From assembly GCA_012026655.1 (NCBI GenBank), contig JAAILG010001116.1:1-64000 (forward strand): 64,000 nucleotides of DNA. The letters are read 5' to 3'. Position numbers and translations under genes: made by a program. The notes beneath the pieces were generated by a model. The model searched no databases. It was not told the origin of the DNA and saw nothing but the letters and a program-made list of their open reading frames with translations. Numbering within the stretch: the first letter of the stretch is position 1; each line of letters begins with the position of its first letter. This DNA comes from Hydrolagus affinis. Taxonomy: Eukaryota. Positions 24,416-37,219 of this stretch are shown here, piece by piece.

Positions 24416-26774
24416 AACACCTGCAAGAAAGGAAAGGAGTGAACACTTTGGTAAAGAACCAAGTGAAAACTTCTGAAATACATATTTATACAGTTAGAAT
24501 TGTAGGACAACTCAATTCTGTTGAATATTGAGTTACCAAGTATCTAAGTTACCTAATAAACCACATTATCTTCTGAAGCAGCTCTCTAAGAACATTCAAT
24601 TTATTTTGTTGCTGCCTCTTCTCTTTATGATACTCTCCTGTGGTACTGCACTAACCACAGGCTGTGTGATCGCAAGACATCTCCGGAATATGTTTCATCA
24701 AATCTATATAGAATGCCTTCGAGATGACTTGAATTTGTAGGATTTGGGAACCAAATAATAATTCCAGGTCACATTCGGTCACAAAACTTTTAGGAAACAA
24801 TTTCTTTTTGTAAATTGAAACTGAAACTGAAACGCCAACATCACCAGTGTGGAAACACTGCTGAAGTTATTCATGGTAATAATATATATAATTATATTAA
24901 TATCCTGTGAAGCACGAGAGTGACGTTCTGCGATTTTGATATCCACATAGTGAGTTTACAACAAAGAAGGTGTCGGATGTTGCATTGGAAGATTAAAATA
25001 AAATCCTGACATTCGCACCTTTCATGCCGGGAGAGTTACTGTAAAATGTAGTCGAGGAATTTGTAGGTGAACACAACACATATAGTGCCATGGGAATTTT
25101 GACATCTACCTGAACAAAGCAGATTAGACCTTGGTTTACCATATTATCTGAAAGAAGGCACCTTTGACAATACAGCATGTTCCCAGAATGGTTTCGGAGT
25201 CTTGGCATAGTGTGTGGAGTTCAATGTGGTTTTCTCTATTTGTTGATTCATGGCTGCGTAACCTTTTGACTCAAAAAGCAACGAGAATGTGAGAAAGTGA
25301 ACTGGCTGACATACAAACAGCTGGGTGGACTGAATGGATCAACTGTGCAGTTATGAGACTCAGCGACACCATAGGAGAAGATTCAGAGGAACAATAGCTC
25401 GCCATGTATCAATAAAATAGAGACTGCTAGGAATGAGTAACAACAACAACAGCATTCTTTCAGTGTTTATAGGGTAGTGTCCCAAAACGTTTGACAGTGG
25501 TAGAGCACAATAAGAGAGGGAGGGAGGGAGGAAGGCAGGGAGGGACAGAAAGATTCTTAACAAAATTAGAGGAAATCCACAAGACCACAACCATTTATAC
25601 CCAACCGGTTGCGACGTGCATCTCCAAGGCAATTGTGTTTTTTTTAAACCAAAATAAAATTCATCAGCGACGAAGTGAGAACATTATGTGACTCCTGGGA
25701 AATACTGGATGTTAACAGCTAATTCCTGGGACCAGAGACAGCGACAGGAAAGGAGAGCAAACAGCCATCTATTTTGGCAGACGCATTTGGAGATTATTGC
25801 ACAGACTGATTTGAAGGCACTCTACGTAGCCCCTCAGTGCATCTGCTGTTTTTACACAAAACAGCTCAGCTTTGATCTTGAAACATACCTCAGGCACAAC
25901 CATCAATAAAGAGTCATTGATATAACAATTGATATCTGGCTGGTTGCTTTGTAGCTGTCTCTCAAGGTGACTTCCAGTAATAGCGTGAAAGGCTAATAAA
26001 GGGAATGTTCAATTCGTTTTGCGTCTTTGATGTGGCGTATAGTTTTGTTCTTTATTTATAAAACACATCGTTTAGAAACATTTTTATAATCATTTGCATT
26101 GCAGGTAATGGGTGGTGATAAATCGGTCACTCAATCCACGACTGTTTGTTTGCCATTGCTGTGTGCAATTGGCTGCTGAGTTTCACCCACAAAATATACA
26201 GTAAATTCACTTTACAGTATATTTTGTGAAGTGCTTTGAGGTATCCCAAAAGCTTGATAAGGTGCTATATCAAACGCAAATATTATTATTATTAATTACT
26301 GTTTGGAGCAGAGCTGAATGAATAGAATTCCTTATCTCTAGTTACAAAGTGGGACAGAGAGGACTTCTGACTTGGAGCCTTCACCCGCAGGATTTGGGAA
26401 AATTACTCACATTAAGTGTTTCTTTCAATGTTCCAATATTTTCCCCCCTCTTAATAATAATGGCACTTGCATTCGATATTGAGACGTTTTAAAAGCGCTT
26501 CATGAATATCCCGACGATAGACGATTTGATACACAAGACTGTATGTTTTGTGGGAGAAAGCAATGAAACATTCTGCACCGTGGATCCTTGAAGTTTCCCC
26601 GACTGAAGTCACTTAGGTTTGCACAGTGAAGTTCCAGTGCTTCTGGCAGCTGTGTGAAATGCTGCTAGTTGTCCTCCTGACGTGAAAGGCGCTATATGAA
26701 TATAAATCGCTGCCGTTGTAGAGTGCTGGAAGTAAATTTGTCAATAGAGGGCATGACAATTAATAATAATTATA

Positions 26775-27137
26775 AATGTGGCATTTGATATAGCACCTTA
26801 TCAGATCGTTGAGACGTCTCAAAGTGCTTCACAGAACGTATAAGGATTCACAGAATGCGAATTGACTTTACTTTGTGCGTGAAAAACAGTAGCTCATAGC
26901 ACAAAACAGTGTCCCACAAATAGTGGTGGATTGAGTGACCAATTCATTTTTGGAAGGATTATTACCCCCGGAAAAGCAATCCGTCAATCGACTAACAGCT
27001 GGGTTCCTACTCACTGCTAGGTAAGCAGAGGCCTGTGGTGTAAGGAAAGTTGCCCAAGGTTTCGCTCTGCCAGAGAATCAAACTCGGGTCCTCTCACCTC
27101 CTGTGGTTAATGCTCTAACCACTATGGTACAGGGTCC
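26775..27137 (-). mobile_element. tRNA-derived SINE, long form, full length
   Basis: Colinear with 35203-35541. Confidence 0.87.
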
Positions 27138-27479
27138 TCTTGAATTGTGACCACAGCTGAGGTCAATTTTAGCATCATCATTGCTGCCTCAGAGAAAGTC
27201 AGATTACGAAGGTTTCACTTCTAAAGTCTTCTGGCAAATCAATTAAAACCTTCATATCCCTAATTAAATCCTTATTCAGTGTCACAATTTGAGCAAAAGT
27301 AAGAATATTGGTGAATATAGGATACAGAATATTCTGTGAAGCGCTTTGAGACGTCTAGAAGATGTGAAAAACACTATACCAAATGCAAAATATTTTTAAA
27401 TTATTATTTTACAAAGGCAGATCGGTTAAACCAGCTGGCCAACAGAGTATTCGAAAGGGTCAGCACACAAGCTATGGAA

Positions 27480-27700
27480 ACTATGAAGAGGAAAAGATAC
27501 GGGTAGAAAATAGGAGAGGATAAGAGCAACAAAGCAACTAATTGGGATCTGCTGTTGACTGAAAGTTAAAGGTGAAGCAAAGGAGCAAGTCGTCTCGGCA
27601 AGTAGGAGAGACTGCGGTGAATCATAATGTGAAAGATTGGAGGATTTCAATGTCCCAGAGGTAAAGAAGATGGCTTGGGATCAACATAGGCCACAGTGGG
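27480..27700 (+). mobile_element. Possible very old CR1 endonuclease-domain remnant
   Basis: Purine-rich, with LIGIC-like and DFNVP-like motifs at APE-like spacing; weak. Confidence 0.35.
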
Positions 27701-29274
27701 AATCAGAGTACTATCTTCCATAGATTAGTGTGGAGATCACAGTGGCATTAGTGTTAAATGCAGGTTTCCGATCAGTTTTCCCAAAGGAAGACTGTGGAGA
27801 GATCCAGATTCAGCCAAACTGTCTCAGTACTGTATTGCAAAGCAAACCAATAGACATTAGTAGGCAAAGTGCTAATTGAAAATACTAGAAGCATTGAATG
27901 AGTAGCAGTAAAGAGCTTTAATGTCCTTTTTGTATCCACAAAAAGGTAAACCTGTTGTATCTCTTTGGGGTCTATTTTACCTGATGAGAAAGGGAAGAGG
28001 ATTGAAGCCAAAAATGTAAGTAAATTCAGTATGAAAATCAGCAGTAAAAAAAAATCTGCCTTTTTTTTTGCATTTTCTGCTCCTGTTAAAAGGTGAGAAA
28101 AGAAACATCAAGAAAATATTTGTCACAACTACTCAGATCGGCTGCAAATGTGACTGATTCTGCTTCCATATCAGCAGACTCTTAGCACACGACATGCACA
28201 CAGGACCACCACCAGCAACAACAATTTTATATTTACAGTATATACCACCTTTCAAATCGGGAGGGACGTCTCAAAGCGACCGTGTTTTTTTGTTGGCGAA
28301 AGTGGAAGTTGATTTGTGCGCAGCAATGTCCCCCAAAAAAGCCATGACGCGAAGGATCAATTTTAACTGGAGGCATTGTTGTTCGTCAGGACATCGGGAG
28401 AAACTCCATCCTTGAGGGAATTAACAGAAAATGTCTTAGGATGAGATAAAATAAACCGAACTCTCCATCTTACAAGATGGCGGGCAACTTCGAACAGGTC
28501 TGGAAAAAGACAAACTCGTTCAAGAATGGGGAAACCCAGCACATAATAATCACAACAATAATAAGAAGAATCATGATCCTTATTGTTGTTATACATTATT
28601 ACTATTATTAAATGATGAATTTGGTAATGGATCGCATTTGAAAATGGCACCTCCATCAAGTAAATTAAAAAAAAGTGGTATAAAAGCAAACTGTGGTAAC
28701 GTAAGACAGGTTTAGATGTGTTGGTCAGATTTTTTTCGCCTCAATAACATAATTGTGTCTCAGGGTATAAACTCTGTACTATCGCAAGGATAGTTCATCA
28801 CAACAAAGGGCTTCAACTTCAAGAAAGCAAGACACGCTCTGAGCTTAGAAGCCAGAATATCATAAGGTTACAAGATCAGTTTGGATGAAGAAGACCCTTC
28901 ATCACAGCATCAAGCTTCTTTTCAAATAAGTCAAGTATCACAGCCCCCACCAGCTTTCATGGCAACCTAGTCCAGTTGCTGCAGTATTATTCTAGTTATC
29001 CTACCCTTGAGCAATGATGGAAGCTCAGCTAGCGGGTATAGCACTATAAATGGGAGTTGAGGTACAGATAAGCCATGATCTGATAGAATGGCCCGTGGAG
29101 CTGAATGGCCAGTTCCTATGTCCCTATACGCATGGTGCAGAGGCTGGTTTCAAGTCCTCCAAACTCCAGTTCCAGCTATCATTTTGCCTGAGAAAGTTTC
29201 GACAATATGTCAACATGTTTACAGGGCTCTGCCAAACTCCACAGTGCATCCTGATACAGGAAGCCAGCAAGCCC

Positions 29275-29695
29275 CAGGAGGAAGGGTGGCTGAATCTGAC
29301 AACAGCGATATCCTTGAAGAGTGAATGAACGTGACTGCACATTGCCCAGCTTTCAGCAGCCATCCTCCGAGGCAGAGCTGCTTCTAGTATATTGTCATTG
29401 AAGGAAGATTGGGCCTCTGAGGGAATATTCCACATGGACAAAGAGACACAAGACATCTGAACACTCTTGGGAATGTGCATTGTTCTACCTCGACAAAGGA
29501 TTTTGAATGTGTATTTCTATGTGTTTTCAGATGTCTTGTGTGTCTCTTAATCTATGTGGAATACACCCAGCTTCCATCAATGACAAAACACCAGAAGAAG
29601 CTTTACCTTTTACAGTGAGGCAACCTGTGCATCTGGAGCTGTGTTCAGACTATCCTTGAAGAGATTGCTGTTGTCAGGTTCAGCCTCGTCTCCTG
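29275..29695. repeat. ~410-bp imperfect palindrome
   Basis: Three nested complementary blocks around a centre near 29490 (see findings). Confidence 0.85.
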
Positions 29696-29829
29696 CTGCT
29701 GTTGCGGACCTCAGAACATCTAATCAACAGACTTCATATGCTTGTACTGAACTTAATGAGTTGGATTTCACTCTGGGATAATGAACGCTGCTTCTATGTT
29801 CTTCATTCCCTTTGTTGCTCCCTCTATGA

Positions 29830-30095
29830 AATCTGCATCAAGACAGGCAGTAGAACAAGTGGGCGGAGGTTTAGAGTTGCACAGAGCAATTTCAGGACAG
29901 ACACCAGGAAGTTTTCCATGACTCAACAATGACTGGAACAGGTCTCCATGAAGAGAGAGCTTGAGGTCAGGACACTGGACTTGTTTAAAAAGCGGTTTGA
30001 TAGTGTGACGGAGTGATGATGGCAGCCTGGGTGTTCTGGAGGAATGAGATCCTCCTTCTTCATTCAAACCAAATCTGGTCATCCTGTGAGTTCTC
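29830..30095 (+). mobile_element. Old CR1 3' end
   Basis: SRTSGRRFRVAQSNFRTDTRKFSMTQ…LFKKRFD, CR1 C-terminus-like. Confidence 0.68.
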
Positions 30096-30199
30096 GAATT
30101 CCTTGTTTAATGGTTACCAAATTGGTTGATATTCACTTTGTCATGTACTGGCACAATCACCTTCCATGGTTAAAGAATCCTCCAATATGATATTAAACG

Positions 30200-30523
30200 T
30201 GATTGAAATGTCTTAAAGTGCCTTCGCAGAATATATTGTAAAGTGGATCGATTGTGATCTTACGGACAACACGCAGCAGACTATTGCGCACAGGAGTGTC
30301 CCACAAAAAGTTGTGGGTTGAGAATCCCAATTTTTTTTAAAAGAGATTATAACCTCTGGGAAAGCAATCCATGAATAGACCAACAAACGGGATCTTATAA
30401 CTGCTAGATAAACCGAGGCGTGTGGAGTAAGGAACCTTAACTAAGGTTTCACCCTGCCAGAGATCAAACCCAGGCCCTCGAGCTTGTGAGCCGAGCACTC
30501 TACTCAATAGCCTAAGAAATTCC
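30200..30523 (-). mobile_element. tRNA-derived SINE, long form, diverged
   Basis: Colinear with 35203-35541. Confidence 0.82.
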
Positions 30524-31339
30524 ATGGTTTCATTGTCATTTCAACACCCAGCAGGCAAAAAGCCACAAAAGACAATATTGTGCTGATGATTTGTTTTGGG
30601 AATGTAAATTAACCTCACCTGCTGGTTAATATATAAGCAATTATTTGTACAGTATTTTTCTCAGAGCTGCCTTACAACTCATGAGCTCATGAATGTTTGA
30701 TATGAATATTTTTCCACACTTTTGAATAAAAGATTTTGGTATTCTATGAAAATGTACTATGGTGCGTTGCTGGGAAGATAGTACGACACAAGACAATGTA
30801 TTACATTTGTATAGCGCCTTTCACATCGGGAGGATGCCTCAAGGTGCTGGGAGTACAGCGTGGAATCAGCTCATGTATTGAATGTGTGCATATTGGATGA
30901 TAATGTTACAAAACAGCCAGCTATTCATCTTCTCATTGGATGTAGCTCACTTTCACACCGTTGAGACATCTCAAAGAGCTTCACGGTCGTGCAATTTTCA
31001 AATGATTATCAAGCAAAGTGGGGAAACCAAATATTATCCTTATATTAAAAATATTAAAAATAGGTATCAAGTAATTAATTAACCTGCAGAGCACAGTGAT
31101 GGAAAAGAGAGATAGGTGGGAACATTTTAATGGGGTGGTATCACTGTGTAACTAAAGGCCCGAGTCCATAAAAGGTGTACGTTTGTGTTTAGAAGCCATA
31201 TTGAAGAAAAGTTTGTGGGGAAATCGGATGGGTCAGCTAGATGGCAGCCAAGCCTGAAATTGTTACCATCTTACTAATAGGGTATGTCTCACATGTCTCA
31301 TACAACTGAGGTAATTGAATGAACTTGAGCAAGCTTGTG

Positions 31340-31860
31340 AATAAATTTTACTAACTTGAAATTTTCAGCAGCTGCATGATAAATTTCCACATGTGGAGCT
31401 TTTAAAGAAGATTAAGGCTCAAGGTTTTTAATGGGTAAATGGTTAGCTGCTTTGAAAATTGGTTTGGCAATGAAGGTAATGATAAATGGATGAGGCTTTG
31501 TCTGAGTGCAGTGATTAATGGAGTTCCACAAGGGTCTGGGTTGGGCTGCCTGCTGTTTTAAGCTATTCATAAATGATCTGAGGGAGGATACTTCCAGCGG
31601 TAATAGAACATTTGCTTATGACAGCATGTGTGGACAGCATTCAGAAAGGATCTAGTCATGTCAAGCAAATGGGCTAAGAAATAGCAGATGAATTTTAATG
31701 CGGATAAATGAATGATGATGCATATTGGTCAAACGAAACACTGAAGCTAATGGCTGGGTATCTATCAACCAAGGTGGGGAGAAAGAAAGGTTTGGATGTT
31801 ACCATAGTGAAGGTGCTGACAACAAGGCTAATCATGTACTGGGTTACATCTTGCCAAAGG
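31340..31860 (+). mobile_element. Decayed CR1 RT fragment
   Basis: DKFPH..LLKKIKAQG…NGVPQGSGLGCLLF…FINDL…FAYDS…QKDL…KWAKK*QMNFNADK, with stops and frameshifts. Confidence 0.82.
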
Positions 31861-32764
31861 TTACTTTTAACCTTGTGTCACTCAACGTAAGAGCACAATT
31901 AATAGGAGGCAATCATGAGCTTGTTGCCTTCAGATCAAGATTAATTCACTGGGGATGGTGGGAGGGGGGGGATTGGTGGGGGGGTGTGGGTGGGTGTTCA
32001 GAGGAGAGGAGCAAGAATGATTCTGGGACTTACTCTGCATTTATAGTGCGCGGGAAGTTGACAAATCACTGTGATTTGGGCAGTGTTTTGCGGTGAACTC
32101 ACAGTTGTAATGTAGAGGAGGTGGATTCGTGAATGCTGCGATTCAATGTCCGTAATGGTTGAGCCTGGAATGGAGTTGAGTTCTGATCATGGGTGTTCCC
32201 TTGAAAAGCCCTTGATAATCTGTTAGGACGCCCCCAAAAATATTCAGGAGGTGATTTTTTCTTATCAAACAGCTAGTGTTTGTTTCTATCTAAGAGTTTC
32301 TTCCACGCAGTAAAACCTTGATAATCCGACATTCTTAAAGACGATAACAACAACAATAACAAAATTACATGTGTCTATACACATGTAATTTTGTTATTGT
32401 TGATAGCTCCCCAAAACTGGCAAGATTTCAAAATACAAACAGCATTCATTTTTTTCCCTGTTGCCAGCAAAGACCCCAAAATTCAGAATAGATGCAGTTC
32501 ACGCTGGCGTCGCTCTGTTATCTGGCTCTGTGGTTGCCGCTGGGGCATAGTTTGGCTTCAGAGCTGTGTTTACACCACATGTTGTGTATTGGGTGGAGCT
32601 TGCCCAGCTATTTCTAGGGTAGGTTCTAAATACTGTACCAGCAAACTCTGAAATCCAGGTGAGTGGCCCCAGCTGTGATCAAGGTTTTACGGTATATTAA
32701 AAAAACACTTGTCTCTAACGTCTCTGTCCCAATACAATGGAAAACAGAAAGTTTTCCGTCAACC

Positions 32765-33060
32765 TGGTTCAGTAAGTAACATGCTCGCCTCTGAGTCAGA
32801 AGGTCGTGGGTTCCAGCTCCATGTTGTCATTTTGAACTCAACATCTAGGTTGAAACATCAAAGCAACTTGAGGTGTTAAACAAGAGTTTCCATCCACCTG
32901 TACAGGCGGATGTTAAAGATCCTAATTATTTGAAGAGAAGGGAGGTCTTTCTTTGTGTCCAGGGCTCCCAGACGAAATTGGTAACTTGCTGCATGGCATC
33001 CCGTTTGCGGGACACTGTGGTGCGCAACGAGCACATAGTCAGTACACTTCACAGCAAAGA
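32765..33060 (+). mobile_element. Ancient Deu-domain SINE with tRNA-like head
   Basis: ctcgcctctgagtcagaaggtcgtgggttc head; caggcggatgttaaagatcc…ttgaagagaagggag core. Confidence 0.7.
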
Positions 33061-35202
33061 GCTTTAAGACATCTCCACAACAGCATTAGGGCCACTGTAC
33101 AAAATGCTTAGATTGCCAGTATGAATGAGAATTCCCCTTCCTGCACAGAGCACTCCTGCTGCCACGGGTGATGTAGATTCTCTCCCAGCAGAATAAACAA
33201 TAAACGAAAAACCTCCCGAGTTACAGAACGAGCCGCGCACGACACCCGTACTTACTTTTGATTTGAGAGAAGATTGAGAAACCGAATGACCCAGACGTTC
33301 GGAAAGCTGGAAGACGCCGATCACGTAGATTTAACAGACTATTTCACTTTAAGACTGTAATTGGCAAATCTGGAGAACATGGGCAGAAAAATTAACAAGC
33401 CTCAAGTAAGACTGGAGATTAGAAGAATTTCTTTCCCCCCACAGACCATGGAAATTTCATCTGTGGAATTCAGTCAGCGTTAAATAATGTAGATTGCAAC
33501 ACCAGACAGATATCCTGCAGATCTGCTCGATTAACTCTCAGGGTCAGAGTGTCATTTCGGTTTTTATCTCTCTGGAAGTCTTACTTGCGATTATTCAACC
33601 CTAGGAGGAGAAGAATTAAATAAGTTGGGATGTGTGTTTTTCTTAGGAGTACAAATGAGAAAACTCCCCACAGGAATTGAGGGAAATCAAGAGATGCGTT
33701 ACTTACTCTATCTGCTTGGATGATTTCATACACCTTCCAGTGCCTGGTTAAGGGTATCATAGGCAGAGCCCTGGGACCACCTTGCCTAACAAACCTGGTC
33801 AGTTAGGGAGGAGTACGGACTGCCCAGGGTCTTAAAGTGAGTTTTATATAAAATAATAATCCTTGCCTTTTGATGTAGCACTTCTCACGTCTTCTAGATA
33901 CCGTGTCTCAAAGCGCTTCACAGAACATACTGTCAAATGAATTGACTGTGTGGGTGAAAAGTTGTGAGTTACCCAATCTTGTGCCAGTACATTGCTGCTT
34001 CTTGGTGTGTCCAGAACTAGGATCTGATAAGTCAGTCGAGGAGGAAATTCTTCACACACGGTGGTGAAAATGCTCAGTTGTCAAAAGCAAAGCGCACCAG
34101 CAATCATAATAATACATAATAACAATCCTTGCATTTGATATAACGCCTTATCACATCTTCTAGATGTCTCAAAGTGCTTCGCGGAATATGCTGTAAAGTA
34201 AATTGACTACATTTGTGGGCAAAATCAGTATATTTAAGCGGAAAGGGATAAAGGAGAGGCAATTGGAAGGGTGGGGGGGGGTCAGGTGGGGATTGCATCA
34301 AATGCAAAGGATTATCATTCAGCGCTTTGGGACGTCCTCCTGGCATGAAATGTCATTTGTGCCATTCGGTTGCAAACCGAGAAATGTGACTTATACTTTA
34401 CTAAACGTCGTGAGGAAAGTGTGGTGATCATCCATGACACCATTCCTTGTAAAATCCATCACCCTTTGGTTAGCAAAGCGCCCTTAAGCACGCCTTTCGT
34501 GGCCTGTGATCTCCAGCCATAATTTCTGAGCGTCTTACTCAATTTCTGCTGTCCTAGAGGGAATCGTTTTACAGCGACTGCTCTCAGCCGGAGTCAATAT
34601 TTACACAATATACGCAGGCCTGAGACTTCAATCAATTAAGTAGCCATGTTTGTCAGGCTCAAAGCCTGGCTGATTTAACTTCTCAGGCTTTAACGCCACC
34701 TTAAACGGTGCTCACTTCAGTTCTCAACTTGCCCGCTTTAAAAAGGTCGTCTCGTTTCCAGGGAGCAAGTCACTCTTCATCAATCCACCGCAGCAGAAGC
34801 CCACAATGTGCAACAAATGTGTTTTATATATTTTTCCAGATATTATCCGCGAATCGCAGTCTGTACTTTGACAGGAACCCTATTCATAAGGAGGAAAAAA
34901 ACATTATAGACAATATGCACTGAGCATTTTTCATATATAAGAAATCCTCCTCACGCCTTAGGAAAGCGCTCGAACCAGACAGTGTTATTCTTGTAACAAG
35001 TTCATAGATCACAAAGTGCAGACAAGTCAGCGGTTCATGAAGAACCTGATGGATTTCCAGTGAAAGAGATAATTGGCAAATGACTAGAAGATCAATTTTT
35101 TTTTATCAATACCTGTCCAAGGTCATTGTTAATTCCAACTTGGGATGGTGGGTGGCAGGACCAGAAATACACTTTTGAGATTCCAACACCCATCTCTTAT
35201 AC

Positions 35203-35541
35203 AATCATAATCCTTGCATTTGATATAATGCCTAAACAGATCTTTGTGATGTCTCCAAGCGCTTCACTGAATATACTGTAAAGCGAATTGACTTTATATT
35301 TTGTGGGCGAAATGTGGCAGCCAATTGGTACAGTCGTGGATTGAATGACCAAATTATTATTTACTTTGAAGGATTCCTCGTGGAAAAGCTATCCGCCAAT
35401 CGACTAACACCAGGGTTTCTACTTACTGCTAGGTAAACAGAGGCATGTGGAGTAAGGAAACTTCCCTAACGTTTAACCGTACCCGGGAATCGAACCCTCG
35501 CTTGCGAGGCGAGTGCTCTAACCACTAAGCTATAGGACTCC
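35203..35541 (-). mobile_element. tRNA-derived SINE, long form, near full length
   Basis: Minus strand starts ggagtcctatagcttagtggttagagcactcgcc (A box) …gggttcgattcccgg (B box); body tttacctagcagtaagtag…, Deu-like segment aattggctgccacatttcgcccacaa, L2-type tail and (att)n end. Dozens of copies in the window. Confidence 0.9.
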
Positions 35542-36904
35542 ACAGAAAGTAATGAATTACAAGATGTGTCAACTCTGCCCTACCACACCTCATAGTCTTA
35601 TAGTCTGGACGCAACTGACCCTATCTCTCAGCTGGTACATTCTACACTGATGGGTTGACCATTTCATCAGCTGAGTGACCTGAGATCAAGGCTGCCTGGG
35701 TTAGACTTGCAAGGAGAAGAGTTTTAATTCTAAAAGCATGATCATTTTTAATGGACAATACAATGCTGACTGCAAGTACATGAAAGTTTCATACACATAA
35801 AATTGACACAAGGTCCTTTGACTCCTGCCATTCCCTGCAAGTGCGTCTTGAGGTCATAATTAAACCCAAACCTGCTGGTTATCAAATCCAAATCTGATTT
35901 TCCCCCACAATTGGGTGCAACAATGCGATAGTGCATTTAGGAAATTATCTGTGATAGTGTAATTTAATAGTACATTAAAGCCCTACGCATGATGTGTCAC
36001 TAAGCATTACCCAGTCATAAATTTTGACGAGGGCATGTCTGCTTCCACATGAGAACCTAGTCAGTTTCCCAATTAACATTTTGAATGGTAAAGACATCTG
36101 TTAGTTGGGCATCATTGGTTTGAGGGCAATTTGTTCAGAAAATATTGAAATTTCACGTAATCTATGGTGTCACTCATGGGTAGAGGTCAAGGAATGGAGA
36201 GTTCAACTGGGAATGAAAAACTGTTGGGAGGGGGGGGGGCTTCATAAACAAAATGCAATCACCACACTTTACAATGAATCCAGTGAAACGCTTTGAGACA
36301 TCTTTGTGACTATGAAAGGCACTCTACCAAATGTAAAGACTACTGTTATTTATAAAAATGCTGTGGATAATAAACTAAGTAGCAAATGAGTGCAAGTGAA
36401 AAGGTGGCTGCACATTGAATCAGACTAGCCAAATGCCTTGGTAAAGATATTGCACAATGGAGTTGAAAACGAGCTCATTGTAAACAATAAAATTACATCT
36501 CCTTAGCCCCCTTCCATGGCAGAAGGACACCCCAAAGTGCTGGTACAGTTAAGGGTTTACACCCGAGCTGGGGTTTGGAATCAAGAGGGGTGAAGGACAG
36601 TAATAATCCTTGCATTCGAGATAATGCCTTATCACATTGTTGAGACATCTCAAAGCACTTCACAGGTTATACTGTAAAGGGAATTGACTGTATTTTTGTG
36701 GGCAAAACATTGCAGCCAACTGTGTACAATAAAGCTTGACTCTTGCAGGGAATACTTTCTAAGCATTACTGACCTGTGGGAATTGTGATCTGAACAGAGT
36801 AGACGTTGATGGAGATATATTTCTGGAAGCCTGTTCAAACTCCCGTCAGGTAGAGCCACGGGTTACACAAATTTTATGAAAAATACATAGTTCCTTCTGT
36901 AAAG

Positions 36905-36951
36905 TAGTATTTTGTCTCAGCATAGTATTTTGTCTCAGCATTTGTCTCAGC
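36905..36951. repeat. 18-bp tandem duplication plus a partial third copy
   Basis: tagtattttgtctcagca twice, then tttgtctcagc. Confidence 0.92.
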
Positions 36952-37219
36952 TTAAATCTTAAGCATCTCTCACTCATATTCTCAATTTCAACATGACTCC
37001 AGCAGTTCAGATATGCTCAGAGTATAAGCTCAGACCTGGGCTGATAAACATCAAACAAAAATCTATTTTTTTTCTGAAGAGAGCTTGCTGATCTTTGACA
37101 CTTCCTAAAAAAAAATCAAAATGGCACAAGATCTATAAATTGAACGGATTAGCTCGAATCAAGATCTTGGAGGTGTTCACACACAGACACACACACAAGC
37201 ACACAGAAACTTCCTCAAG

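Noticed and set aside
28465-28483. YY1-like motif CAAGATGGCGG within a 7-bp inverted repeat
   Set aside because: An isolated short motif with no supporting promoter context; expected by chance.
1-37200. PLXNA4 or other coding exons downstream of CHCHD3
   Set aside because: No Sema-domain or other recognisable coding sequence; very short exons could have been missed.
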